DNA of 64,000 bases from Laetmonice hystrix (lineage: Eukaryota), in the NCBI GenBank assembly GCA_965235115.1, contig OZ249436.1:45386001-45450000 (forward strand). The letters are read 5' to 3'. Made by a program: the position numbers and the translations under genes. Under the pieces are notes generated by a model. The model did no database searches, was not told where the DNA came from, and was given only the letters and a program-made list of their open reading frames with translations. This document shows, piece by piece, positions 50,546 to 63,743 of this stretch (position 1 is its first letter; every line of letters begins with the position of its first letter).

Positions 50546-52672
50546 GGCTCTCCACTAAGGCGATCATCCGATAAAGCGACAAGCCGATCTTTGCTGTCAT
50601 CGGATGGAAATCGCTTGGGTGAAGCGAACGAACGATATTGAACCGAAAGGCGTCTCCACTGCCTGCTCCACTAAGGCGATCATCCGATAAATCGGGAAGA
50701 TAGAAATCGCTTGGTGAAGCGAACGAACGATACTGAACCGAAAGGCGTCTCCACTGCCCGCCGCGAACATTATCGTTTATCGTTATCGGTGTACCCAATA
50801 GCCGCGTCCCCTGGGAACTACTCTGGGGTTACCCAGCTGCAATTTTGCAGAGGTGGCCAAATATGGCTGTCAAATATGTGGTTACAATTTCAAGAAATTC
50901 GGAGACATCAACTTTTTTGCCATTGGTTCAACATGGAATGACCCACCTGCGAATGTCAAAAAAATGGCTGTATTCATGATACATTAAAGACTGGAAGGAA
51001 AGCTATCACATTACTGATTTTTTGGTCAACTGTACATATGTATGTCCTTATTATTTGAAAAAAGTTTGGAGACTGTGCTCTCAATCCCTTTTGTGTGACA
51101 ATTTTTCATATGTGGGGCCTGATACCATATTTTTCATTTTTTTGCCATTTTTGATAGGACTTCATTAAAAATCTAATCCAAGTTCGAAACTTGTAATATA
51201 TTTTCTTAAAAGAACTCCCCATAGACTATCCATGTGCCAAATTTGAAATAAAAATATTGAAAACTAACTTTTTTAGAGCACTTTAAACTTTCAGAAATAT
51301 CCATCTCCTCCAAAAAGTCGGATATCACTATGCTTAAGGTCAAAGAACTAGGGATTTTTAGCATAAATGAACCATTTTGGACTATGATTATATAGGAATA
51401 TGGCCTGTAAGCATTCCCTGAAAGTTTTGTGAAGATCTATAAAGAATTAAAGAAAATATGCCTTTTCAAATGGGAAAAAACCCTGTTGCACAGCTAAATA
51501 TTTTAGGTAAAAATTGGCCAAAACGCCATTTTGGCACCACTCGTACAGAAACAATCGTACCAAGGACAGTAAGTTAATAAAATATGGGAATACTCACTCT
51601 TATAATTGTGCTGTTATAGGTCCTCAAAATCGGCACAAAAATAAGCGAAACTTAGGTCTGGAAAGGGTCCAAGGGGTGAACAATTTTAAAAGCCATATCT
51701 CGAAAACTATTTGGAGTACAGAAATAAAATTTTGCATGGCCCCATGAATTGGATCAAAGTATTTATGAGTAAAATTTCTTTAAAATCTAATTTATCTTCG
51801 TCGATGTTGGCGGGGAGGGAAGAGCCAGTGATGGGGGGGGGGGGGGGGGTCAGATCTGGCGCCAATCCACATTCCATGATTATATGAATGGTCCAACAAA
51901 ATTCAGTATTTTTCGGCGCGAAATCGAAATGATATCAAGAAATGTGGATAAAGTGATCCTCGCATGGAGTTGTACTTCACAACCCCGTAGGTACGCCACT
52001 GCACAATCTGGACTGACATCGGGCGCCTCCCTTGATGGTTCCGCTCTGATGGCCTATCTCTTCCTTTTTTATGTGCTACAGATGCTGCAGTTCGATTTCG
52101 AATATTTTTTTTACGCTTTCCATATTCGGTAATGATCGTCTTTCCTTGCACATTTCTTGCTGTTCGAACCATCTTGTCACGTGGTCATATTTTGTATTGC
52201 CGAAAGAAGAATTGTGTCACGTGACATACTTTTAGCGACACCTACAGGTCCTTGCACACACCACTTAGCTGAGAAGACTATAGGCCTAGTGGAAACTGAA
52301 GCGAACGCGCCGATCAGCCGATTCAGAACCGAGAACATTAAACAAGTTTAATGTTATCGGTTGGCGGAGCGATCGTGAACCGACCTTCAGGCGACCGGGC
52401 GATGCTCAACCGAGAACCATCTCCACTAAGGCGAAGTTCGGCTCATGCAGGCGATCTAGAAGCGAACTTTTTCGCTCCTGTTATCGCTTTAGATTTCGGC
52501 TTAGTGGAGACGGGTTTTGCAGTTTAATGTTATCGGTTGGCGAAGCGATCTTCAACCGATCTTCAGGCGACCGGGCGAACCTCAACCGAGAACCATCTCC
52601 ACTAAGGCGATCTAGAAGCGAACTTTTTCGCCCCTGTTATCGCTTCAGATATCGGCTTAGTGGAGAGGGGGC
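50546..52672. mobile_element. Non-autonomous DNA transposon (Harbinger-like ctctccactaag termini, subterminal direct repeats), probably carrying a nested AT-rich insertion at ~50800-52330
   Basis: ctctccactaagg at ~50548 and cttagtggagag ending 52667; repeated tccactaaggcgat..aaccga blocks on both sides. Confidence 0.55.
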
Positions 52673-53475
52673 ATAAGACTAAGTCAAGTGTTCTATCAAT
52701 CTTTGCATCCACGTCATACCATCCAGCTCGCAGGCTGTTCACTTTGCTGAGACAGGATCTAGGTCAGCCGCCTCGATTCCGTCGCCTAGACCTAGTACTG
52801 ACGCAGCCACTGAACTCGGACATTGACTTGGGCCTTTGAAATATTTGAAGCCACAACTAGAAGGCACAACGTGAACCGGGCTTCTGTAGATCGTGACTGA
52901 GAGCACCATGAACAGGTAGTGCCGATCGAACGGGTCTGACGACGGAAAAGGTCTAGGCCTATATGACGTGCCGATCACGACATTAGATCCTGAAATCTGG
53001 ACGTAATCTACTACTGCTAGTCTAGATTATAGTAGAGACTATGTTAGATCATAGACGTAGATAGATCTATGTCTATGTCTATTGCTAGATCTAGCTGCAA
53101 GTAAGCCTACCCGGATACACTGTAGGCCTACCTAGTCTAGAGGCTAATACTAGTAATATAATCTACTATAGGCCTAATATAGTAGGCCTATAGACTGTCC
53201 TCAGTTTTCTTGTGCCTGAGGCTGAGTGTTGGATCTAGCTAGAACAAGCTTTTTGCAAAGCAAACACCCTGAAAATGTTAATGCCAAAGGAACTAGAAAT
53301 CTAGGCCAGAGATTACCGTATTGCCATACGGGCCTATGGCATGCCAGAGATTACCGTATTGCCATACGGGTCTATGCCTATGGCATGCCAGAGATTACCG
53401 GCGTATTGCCATACGGTAATCTCATGGACGCCGGAACGGCCGGGGAGGGCAGTGGTGTATATGAAGGAAAGAAAT

Positions 53476-53512
<37 letters not shown>

Positions 53513-53680
53513 AAGTGACGTCACAATGACTTACGCCTATGGCTCTGCATTGAGCCTGCGGTCATTTTATAAATATTGGGGGGGGGGGGGCACAGCCCCC
53601 TCTGCCTCCAGCTTCCTACGCCCCTTGGCCGGAGGGGCCCTGGCGTCCCCCAACTTTTAACAGCAGGGGATGGGGGAGCA

Positions 53681-56229
53681 TAGGGTAAGGTCGGGTAATA
53701 TGAGCACCCTTTTTACATTTGGTTGTCGAATGAAAGAAACGTATGATAGTACATCCGTCTAAAGTTTATATGAAACAGTTTTGATTTCTCAAGAACATAA
53801 GCTATTCATAAACTCTTTTACTGTTCGCTTTTTTTAAAAATCGAAGATATAAAATTTTTTTAAACATGCCCATATTACCCGAGAGCGTGGGAAATATGGG
53901 CACCCGTGCTCATATTACACTCTCAACGGGATGCTCATATTACCTATATTGATTTGTTATAGAAAGGGGTACTGTTGAAATGTAAAGGGCATATAATCCA
54001 GTTAAATACCTAAATCCGCTATATCCCAAATTTAACAGACCACAACATGATCCAATTCTAGAATTTCAGCAGACGTACATTAGTAACCACATTCGAATAT
54101 TTCTGATTAATATTGATAATCGAACAGTGTGCCCATATTACCATTAACCGTTTATAATGTAGATGTATGGAAGGCAAATGGAGGGTAATATGAGCATCGT
54201 ATAGCCGCCTTTACATTATGGTCTACTTCAAGTGGACCGTGCTCGGACCGGACCGGGTTCACCTGAGTGGCACCGTTTACACTACACAGTTTGTATCTGG
54301 GCCGGGGACGATGAGTCGCCTCGAGTCACGACCGGAAACCTCACTCGCCGCGTTTACATCACGGTCCACTTCAAGTGGACCGTGCTCGGACCGGACCGGG
54401 TCCACCTGAGTGGCACCGTTTACACTACACAGTTTGTATCTGGGCCGAGGATGATGAGTCGCCTCGAGTCACGACCGGAAACCTCACTCGCCGCGTTTAC
54501 ATCATGCACGGTCCACTTGAAGTGGACCGTGCTCGGACCGGACCGAATTGCGCGCATGTGCAGTACCGTCTCAGACAAGTTGACTGGGCCTGGTAGGCTA
54601 CTCTGTGTGACACGTTTACACTGCCACTTATGGGCGGGGTACCGTCCTCGGTCCGCACCGAGATCACCTCCTTCTGGGGGTATCGGACCAGTCCACTTTA
54701 GGTCCAGACTAACAGGTAAATGTCAACGGGGCTGTCATTTAGGTAGTAGTGTCGGGGTCCCATTTTTTTTCAAATTGATCTGATAGTTTTGTATGATATA
54801 AAGTCCATTGTCAGTAGGCTAACCTCCGACATAGGCCTAGGTCTAAATTGCAAGAATACCAAACGTTTAATGATGCATGCAGCACAATTTCACACATGTT
54901 GACGCAACCACATGTCAACTGTAGGCCTACTAAATTTTACAATCTGTCTTACTTTTACCACAACAACGAAAGTTCTCACGACTAAATGCTAGGCCTACCA
55001 GTGTTCCTATACTCCCCAGGACGGACCGTCTATATTAGGCTAGGCTATAGACGGAGTGTGGACCCTTTTTCTCTTTCCGTAGACTTAAGGAAAGAGAAAT
55101 GGGTCCACAATCCTGTTAGCGGCAAGTAGGGCCTACAAGACTGTGCGGCGGAATATGGGCCTAAATTTGTACATGTTCTTCCGGGGACACCTTTGCAACG
55201 CTTAGACTCTATGATCAAAACTTTTTAACACAAGTCACATTGAAAGGAAAATTGATCTTTTCCGACGCCGACACATTCACCGTGCATCAATGCTTTGCAA
55301 TATTAACACTAGGCCTATAGGCCTATCCAAAACCGTCCGCTTCGTTGTTGAGTTTTTTTCTCTTCCCAGTCTTCGTTATTTCGCCCCCTTTCTTGTCAGT
55401 AGCTTTGGACCCACTTGGGTGGGGTTTTCTTGTTTTTTTTGTTGGATGCACACGTAATTCCATCGGTAGATATTTCTAGGCCTAGATCTAGGCCTATGAG
55501 CCTCTTCTTCCTACAAACCATCTCAGATTTTGCTTTGGCACTTGATCTTTTTTTCTTTGCCTCGACTTCCAGTTTATGGGGAGAACTTGTTATAATATAG
55601 GCCTACTAATGGTAGCATGACGGATCTTTCGCTTTTTGGTCGTTGCTTTGGGTTGAGCCATTGTCCAAGGACATTTAATCAGATCATGGAATGACATTGC
55701 ATCATTAGGAGTAGATCTATAACACCCTAGGCCTAGACCTCTCTATAGGCCTACTATAGGCCCTAAGTGCAATAAATTCAGCGCGGATAATATGGGCACC
55801 ACTTGGGGTAATATGAGCACCGTGCTCATATTGGATTTCTTGGTGGGGCTCATATTACCCAGCGGGATAGCGCGCCAAATTCTTCGCCGGCATCAAATAC
55901 GCGATCGGTATTCGCCTATTATCGTCATCGCTGCTCTTTCTTCGGAAGGTTTACAACCTCTCAAAACTCAAATGACCACCATACTCCAATTTCTTCAGAA
56001 TCTAGAAGGCATCATGTTCATAAAAAAATCTTAAGGAAATGAACAAAAAACAGGCAAAGCGACTCACCTCAACGATCTTAACAACCTTGACAATCAAAGA
56101 CGCGCGTCATCAACGTCATAAACCGAACTACAGTGTAACACAAGGTGGCAGCACCAATTCTGCATAGATTATGAAATATGCAGGGTGCCCACATTACCCG
56201 CTATGCCCATATTACCCGACCTTACCCTA
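53681..56229 (-). mobile_element. TA-flanked, internally deleted pogo/Tc1-mariner-like DNA transposon with a decayed transposase C-terminus
   Basis: TIR tagggtaaggtcgggtaatatg ... catattacccgaccttacccta; subterminal gc(t/c)catattac repeats. Minus strand 55225-55700 reads ..TTKKRKIRH..ITSSPHKLEVEAKKKR.. and WI.C*YCKALMHGECVG..FQCDLC*, a PHD-like finger. Confidence 0.75.
54203..54733. mobile_element. Harbinger-like MITE with ~143-bp internal tandem repeats, nested in the pogo-like element
   Basis: Imperfect TIRs agccgcctttacatt / aatgtcaacggggct; repeated cacttcaagtggaccgtgctcggaccggaccg. Confidence 0.6.
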
Positions 56230-57144
56230 CATAGATATATAGACTCTCTATATATATATTAGGCCTACTTTGCCCCGCCCAGTTCAGCCTAGGTGGCAGG
56301 AGGAGGTCAGAGGTCATTCTTACCTTCAAGTTTGAGATTATGCATAATTATAAACTCTAAATGAAGAAAGCAGACCTGTGCGGATCCAGGAGGACATATT
56401 ATTGGTCGGGATTACGGGAATATTATTGGTAGGCTAGGCTAAGTAATGCTTTGGGAAACGTTACAACTTGACAGGAAATAGCGTTTTTGTCACAGTCCTT
56501 CTAAATTCCATTTTTTAATAAAAGTCCCACAGACATCAAAATTAACATGAAATTCAGTGCCAGATCTGCATGAATTGATACATGTAATTTGTTGTTGTTT
56601 AACTTAAAGGAGCGGTTATTGTACAAGAACATGAACTGTCGAAGACCAATTCCCCTGATGACGTCATCAGGGGCAATGGTAAAGAATAGGCAGGAGTGAG
56701 ACTGTGATGTGGCACGCGATTCGAATTTTCAATATTTTTCTAAATTGAGAGGACTTCTCAGAAAACCTATCAGGGACACGTCTACAACTCAGAGTGATCT
56801 ATCTATACCAGTAAAGTTAGGCCTACTATGTGATGCCAGTTGCGCGCCCATGTTGTGGATCCGCACCTGGAAAGCACCTTTCTTTTTTTATTCAGCCATT
56901 GACGTAGCCACCATAGGGCGTACCCGCCGTACGCCCCCCCCCCTTTGGCTTTTTTTCTTTTTATTTTGTTTTCCTTGTCAGCATTGTTGAAATTTTTTTA
57001 TTTTTTTTTATTTTTTTGCTTGTCAGATTTTCCTTAAAAACTTTAAGCCCCCCCCCCTTCATTAATTTCTGGCTACGTCACTGACTGCCATATATATCAC
57101 GAATGGTGGACACTCCACCATTCCTGGCCATAGGCCCTAGGCTA

Positions 57145-59234
57145 TACCCGTACCAAAATGCAGCTGAAACGCAGCTGAAGTACAGCTGGAGTACAGTGAT
57201 GGTCTGCAGTTACACTGCAATTCCACTGCTTTTCCGCTGAGCTGAAGTGCTGCAACTGAAGCGCACTTCCAGCATGAGAAAGTGTATACCTCCAGCTGAT
57301 GTGCAGCGGTTCCAAATATTTAAATAAGGCTGCAGGGTCACTGCACTCATACTGCCCTTCAGTGGCCACTGCAGAGCAGCTAGCACTGCAACACAGTACT
57401 ACTGCAGCGCAGCTTTGTTCACATCGACTGCATTGCAGTGGTCACTGCAGTGCAGCGGTTCCAAATATTTAAATAAGGCTGCACTTCCACTTCACATCGA
57501 CTGCGCTGCAGTGGTTGCTGCAGAGCAGTGGTCACTGCAGTGCAGCGGTTCCAAATATTTAAATAAGGCTGCACTTCCACTTCACATCGACTGCGCTGCA
57601 GTGGTTGCTGCAGAGCAGTGGTCACTGCATCGCAGCATCGATAAATTTCAAGTGCTGCACTTCCGCAGTCCTGCAGCAGTCACTGCAGAGCAGTAGACCC
57701 CCTGGTCACTGTACAATGATGCCTTGATAAGAGTGCACGGCTGATGTGCAAAGAATTAAGAATAGGCCTACATCATGAACGTGAAAGAAACAAAACACAA
57801 AACACACATTCACAAAGAAGATACTGGTATATAAACGACTCTAACTCGAATTTGGCAGATTGTTTAAAACGTGCAGACAGCATATTTTGGCTCGATCTAA
57901 CCTCGCCCCGGTTGGAATGTTTTGGTTCAACTGTCCGTTTTGTAACGTTGTCAAATGGGAACCCAGCGCATGCGCCATGTTTTGGCGGGAGCCCCACGAG
58001 TGGTTAGCGGGAAATCGTTTGGCAGTTGATTTGCAGTGGAAATGCAGCTGGTATGCAGTGGACTGCGGCAGTTGAATTGCAGTGTGTGTGTGTGTGGGGG
58101 GGGGGGGCACATTTTCCTACTATGGAGTGTCTAGGCGGACAGCGGGCTAGACCTAACTGGCTAACGTTATAGATCTAGGCTATCTAGCTGAAAAAAATCT
58201 GGAAACGGTCAGTCTGCAGAAATAAAGGGGGCGCCGTGCCCCTCTAAATCCACCGCTACATTTGAATTCGTGGATTTAAAATTTACCATTTTCATGAATG
58301 ATACTGTCTATGCTAGGCTAACGTTAGGCCTAAGCTTGGCTTAGCCTAAGCCTTACGAAGTTAGGTCACATATCAACAGGCCTGCTAAACTCCCCGTTAC
58401 TGCGTTAGGTGAGAAAAGCTGTTAAATATAGTCGACTTTCACTCACCTCCTAGTTTGAGAATCGTGCCCTCAAAATCCCCGGAATATCCTGGGCACTTGG
58501 CACTGACGATGCCCCCCTCCTTAGGCCTATAGATCTATGCCGAAATATCCTTCCTGGGCTTGACAATTTTGTTGAGTTGTATGGTACTCCACAGCACAAG
58601 GGCAAACCTATTCTGCATTACTATATTATTTACTCTTCTCTCTCTACTCTTGCTATAATGCTGCTTCCACGGTCGGTGACAGAGTGAAATTAAAAAAAAC
58701 TGCCGTTCAAATCCCTACGTCATAATCAAATTTGGAAGGTAACATGACGTCATAAGCCACAAGGCTATAGGGGACGTAAAAATGCAGAACCCCAAGAAAT
58801 GCACTGCATTTGCAGCTGATATCCAGTATGACTGTCAATACGCTGCAGAGATGGAAGTGCGAGCCATATATTTTTGCAGCTATTCTCCAGCAGTATTAAA
58901 CAAAAACAACATTTTCTTACGCAATTGAAAGCATAAGTGCAGTGTGTGCTGCATGTCCACTGCCGAAGCAGTTGATCTACAGCATGATTGAAGCGAAAAA
59001 ATAGTGGCCACTCCAGACCAGCTGTTTATGCAACTGCTGGGCAGTTGCGTTGAAGTGATTCTGCAGCCTCAGCTGCAGAATGGCTGGAAATTCAGCGGAA
59101 TTGCAGCGTTACGAAAGCGTACATGCAGCTGAAGCTGCAGGTCCGCTTCTTAATACAGCGGATGTGCAGTGAATCTGAAGTGCATTTGCAGTGTAGCTGC
59201 ACGTTGAAGCGTCAGCTGCATTTTGGTACGGGTA
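57145..59234. mobile_element. Non-autonomous DNA transposon (EnSpm/CMC-like CCC termini) with CTGCAG-rich subterminal arms
   Basis: tacccgtaccaaaatgcagctga ... tcagctgcattttggtacgggta; 93-bp internal tandem duplication at ~57437-57629. Confidence 0.75.
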
Positions 59235-59755
59235 GACTCTATACCACTGGGGGATCCAGGGGGGCCCAAGGGGCCCGGGCCCCCCCTTAAATTTTCCTTT
59301 TCCCCGCTTTTTTTTAAGAAGATGCATTATTCGGACCCTGAAACCAGTATTCCAGCAAAATTCTTTTAAAAAAGCTTTCTATATTATACGTGATAGTAAC
59401 ACCGGGCCCAAAGGGGCCTCCTTAGTCATCCAGGAGCAACGTAACTCTGGGCCATTGCGCATTGAAATAGATCAAAAGGGGCCCAAAATGGCTATAAGTG
59501 CAATAAAATCATGTCGAGCGTAGCGAGGCTAAAAAAATTTTCAGGTGGGCCCCCCTTATCAAAATCCTGGATCCCCCACTGTATACGATTATATTTCATT
59601 CACGATGACGTAGGCTAATTAAATGGGTGATCAACAAATGAGCATTGCATGATTATTTGGCTTTCCATTGCAGTCCTCCACGGCCGCAGCGCACTGTGAT
59701 ACCGGTAAACGTGGAACCGGAAGACAGGACCCACGGACGACGGGCCGGAAACACC

Positions 59756-62700
59756 ATGACGTCACAGGCCTTTGTCGAAAAAACACCCCTTCTACGGGTA
59801 CCAACCAGACCACAGCGACTTCCGGTCTTTAGTTCCGACGTCGGCCGACAGGTGGAGGTACCACAGCTTGACCTTGGGCCTGCGGAATCGTCTCGAACAT
59901 CGTCAGCCACTTTAGGTCGAGGTGATTCTTTGTTCATGAACAAAAATCCCTGGTTAACGGGGCTCAAGCCCCCCCCCCCCCTTGCAGTAGTTGGATCCGC
60001 GCGTACCGCATTCAGACTCAGTAAACTTGATCAACTTGAAATAGACCTATACTATTATAGCTAGGCTAATGATAAAAGCCTAGACCCAGGTCGATCTAAT
60101 AGTCTAATGGCTAACCTTAGCCAGAGGTGGTAAGGCGGGGGGGGGGGGGATCATACAGGAACAGTGGGTTCCTATCCTACCAGTAGAACATAAATTTGGG
60201 GGTATTTGTTTCCACTAGGCCCCCAATAGGGCCGGTAGGGCCAATTATTAACTCCCATGTTTTCTTTTTTGAGTGTCACCATCAATGTGTAGGCCTATTA
60301 TACGCGGCCTAAATCTACGAGAATTGTTTGTTCTGATAGTGAACCCTGATGGCCTGGAAGAAGCCATATTTGGTACCAGCGAAAGCGAGGCTGGAGGAGG
60401 GAGCGACCTCAGTTCGAGGTTCAAGCTGGATGAACTGGGTCCAGACTCGGCTATCTCCTTGCCACAGGCCGTGGCAGAGGTGGTCAACAGACATAAAGAT
60501 CAAACCCACGAAATCATGAAACAGAAACATGTGCTCGCCAAAATAAAGGTGGGCTGTGAAATATTTAAGTCGACATTGACAGGTCCGTAACCAGGATTGC
60601 TGTATAGGATACCGTAGGGCCATAATCTACCTACTGCATGAGGTCAGATTAACAGGGACCTTAGGCTGTGGGTGGCGTGGGGGTAGGCCCCTATGTAGCT
60701 TGTACACTGAACACTTAGAGATAGGGCCTAGCGATGATTTTAAACCCAATGGTAAACTTTTTGTTCTTACATTCGGTATAAAATGATTTTTTTTAAACCA
60801 GTATAATCTTACTCATTGTTTCTCTCAACATGCATTTTCTATTAATTTTACCTTGCAGGCAGAGCTGAAAGAAGGTAAGATGCGTTGTTTTTATATATTT
60901 CACATAAAGCTACTAGGAATCTGAGCGTGACGACTGTATAATATCGTTACAACTGTGACTGCATCCGGTCGGGCGGCGACAATCGTGTTGAGAGGGTCAA
61001 TCTGAGTTCAGGTTACGTTAGTTCCGGAAGCTTCGGTCGAGGTGGGCAGTTTTCATGGGAAACTTCTTCTCAGCCAAAGCAGACATTTAAAAAGGGACTG
61101 TTTCAAAACTCATAGTTACATCACTTGTCTTTAAATCAAGAGGACGACACACTGGAGGGGTTAGTGGAGGAGTACTCTGCCGTTAAGGCGAAGACAAAGC
61201 TAGCCTTGGAACAAGTAAACATCCAGCGTATCTTAGCAAACAACCTGAGAAAGGGTAAGATGGCCAGCTAAAATAATCAATGTGACATATATCACTTCTA
61301 CAGATCGAATCATAAGTAATTTGACTTTTTAAAGAAATGTCAAAAGACCATTCCGTGCGGAAAATGTTTGACGAATAGGCAGATCATAAGTTTAGATATT
61401 GTGACATAAGAAAAACATATTTAGACAAAATTTTAACAGGTAAAAAAAACTTTCTGGGGACTTTGTGGACGACTATATTCCGTTTAGTCAAATAGTGCGA
61501 GCATGGTATTATTTCAGAGACGGAGAGCCTAATACAGGAAAAGGTTCAGATAGATTCGGAGCTCGGAGCTCTGGTTGAACAGAAAGAAAAGGACGATCTA
61601 ACATTTGCGGAATATCTGGGAAAGATTTCGGCATTTGAAGAACTGGTTGAGAAGGAAGAGAGAGCTTCGAGCCGTCAAGTGATGATCAAAGAGCAGCAAC
61701 ACACCAATGATGAGCTCCAAGCACGAAGTAAGTTACCTCGGAACGCATTGGAGGTTTCAATGATGCAAATTGTACACAAGTTTATTGATGGGCATAATAA
61801 TCTTATAGACTCCCCCTTATGAAGCCTTTATTATCATTTGAAGTGTCTTATAGATACTGTATCTATTTCAAGTACCAAAAGAGAGATACCAGAAGCAGAC
61901 CAGCCGATCGGAACCGTTAAGTTTAAGGTTAAGCAATATCATAAGTTTTTACCATGCAACTGTGCCCAGAATATGACCACCGTATATCCGCACTAATAAA
62001 TATAATCGCACTCTTACAGAGGAAGCATTCGGGAATGACCCAAACAGTCTTGCCCAGTTACTGGAGGGACTGGGAGAGACAGCCCTGGAGGGAGAGATCC
62101 AGGCTCTCCAGGGCGAGGTCTCCAGTACAGACGATGAAACCGAGACGCTCCGGGAGGAGGTGAGTGTCACGCCAGGCCGTGAATTGCATCCGAACAATCA
62201 TGTGACAAAAATCCTGGGGGGGGGGGGGGGGGGGGAGGTTGGTTAACTAAGCGCGTCGGACGGTCGACGGACGGTCTGTCGCTTGGTTGTAGGCCCTGCA
62301 ATTTTTGGTCCGTCGCCGGTCGGACAGTCGGACGCGCTTAGTGAAACACCCCCGAGGATAAGGGCTTTTGATTGGTTGGTTTTACCTAAACGACAACCAA
62401 TCACAAGCCGTAAACCAGGCTAACAAATAAGATCAAACACATTTTTAGAAATAGAAACCATGCCCATGCATCATTTTCAATAATATTGGCTATACCTCCA
62501 TAAATTAAACTATTGACAAAAGACTGACATGAGGAAAGTGACATGGAGGTAGTCGAGCCTGTACGCCAGAGGGCTGTCGGAAACTGGAACGAGCACCATG
62601 GCTTGTCATAAACTGTGACCCAAAGAATATAAACTGTTTCCTTACAACTGAGAGGATGGAATGTTTCCCAACAGGTCAAAAAAGAGAAGGGCCTGCACTC

Positions 62701-63697
62701 GCATATCAAAAGGGAGACAGAAATTCTACGGGTAAGTAATACGTTACAGTCTGAATAGGTCTATAATGGAATTATATCTTATGTTAGAAAAATTCCAATT
62801 CTTTCCGATATAGCTACCTTTCATGACCCTCACGGTCTCCCTTTTTTATCCCCCTGTATTATTTCATGACCCTCACGGTCTCCTTTTCTATCCCCCTGTA
62901 TTATTTCATGACCCTCACGGTCCCCCTTTTTTATCCCCTGTATTATTTCATGACCCTCACGGTCCCCCTTTTCTATCCCCCTGTGTTATTTCATGACCCT
63001 CACGGTCCCCCTTTTCTATCCCCCTGTGTTATTTCATGACCCTCACGGTCCCCCTTTTCTATCCCCCTGTGTTATTTCATGACCCTCACGGTCCCCCTTT
63101 TCTATCCCCCTGTGTTATTTCATGACCCTCACGGCCCCCTTTTCTATCCCCTGTATTATTTCATGACCCTCACGGCCCCCCTTTTCTATCCCCCCTGTGT
63201 TATTTCATGACCCTCACGGCCCCCTTTTCTATCCCCCTGTATTATTTCATGACCCTCACGGCCCCCCTTTTCTATCCCCCTGTATTATTTCATGACCCTC
63301 ACGGCCCCCCTTTTCTATCCCCCTGTATTATTTCATGACCCTCACGGCCCCCTTTTCTATCCCCCTGTATTATTTCATGACCCTCACGGCCCCCCTTTTC
63401 TATCCCCCTGTATTATTTCATGACCCTCACGGCCCCCTTTTCTATCCCCCTGTGTTATTTCATGCCCTCACGGTCCCCCTTTTCTACCCCCCCCTGTGTT
63501 ATTTCATGACCCTCACGGTCCCCCTTTTCTATCGTGTTTTTCCACTGGCGTACTTTCAGAAGAGAAACGCGGCTCAACTTGCCAGGTTAAGAAGTCAACT
63601 AAAGGAAACCCAGATCAGAACTCGACACTGGAGAGAACAGGCCAGATCTCTGGAACAGAGCATACTTCACCTCCAAGTTCAACTCAGTAAGTGCTGA
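59756..63697 (+). CDS. CCDC122: Coiled-coil domain-containing protein 122-like (~349 aa); exons 59756-59921, 60340-60548, 60859-60874, 61141-61254, 61518-61727, 62020-62159, 62675-62731, 63560-63697
   Basis: All exons have AG/GT boundaries and join in phase. Segments SLPQAVAEVVNRHKDQTHEIMKQKHVLAKIKAELKE and EKGLHSHIKRETEILRKRNAAQLARLRSQLKETQIRTRHWREQ resemble the N- and C-terminal parts of vertebrate CCDC122 as I recall them (not searched). Exon 1 donor is less certain; a GTAAGT near 63687 could allow a further 3' exon. Confidence 0.75.
62820..63533. repeat. ~43-bp minisatellite filling the last CCDC122-like intron
   Basis: ttcatgaccctcacggtcccccttttctatccccctgtgttat units. Confidence 0.95.
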
Positions 63698-63743
63698 AGG
63701 AGCTTCTAATCAACGCGGGAGGTGAAATAGCAATTAAAATTTG

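Noticed and set aside
45520..56615. gcggtgctcctttaa (~45537) and ttaaaggagcgg (~56604) as two ends of one large TTAA element
   Set aside because: They face outward, the wrong orientation for a TIR pair, and match only briefly; more likely ends of separate decayed elements.
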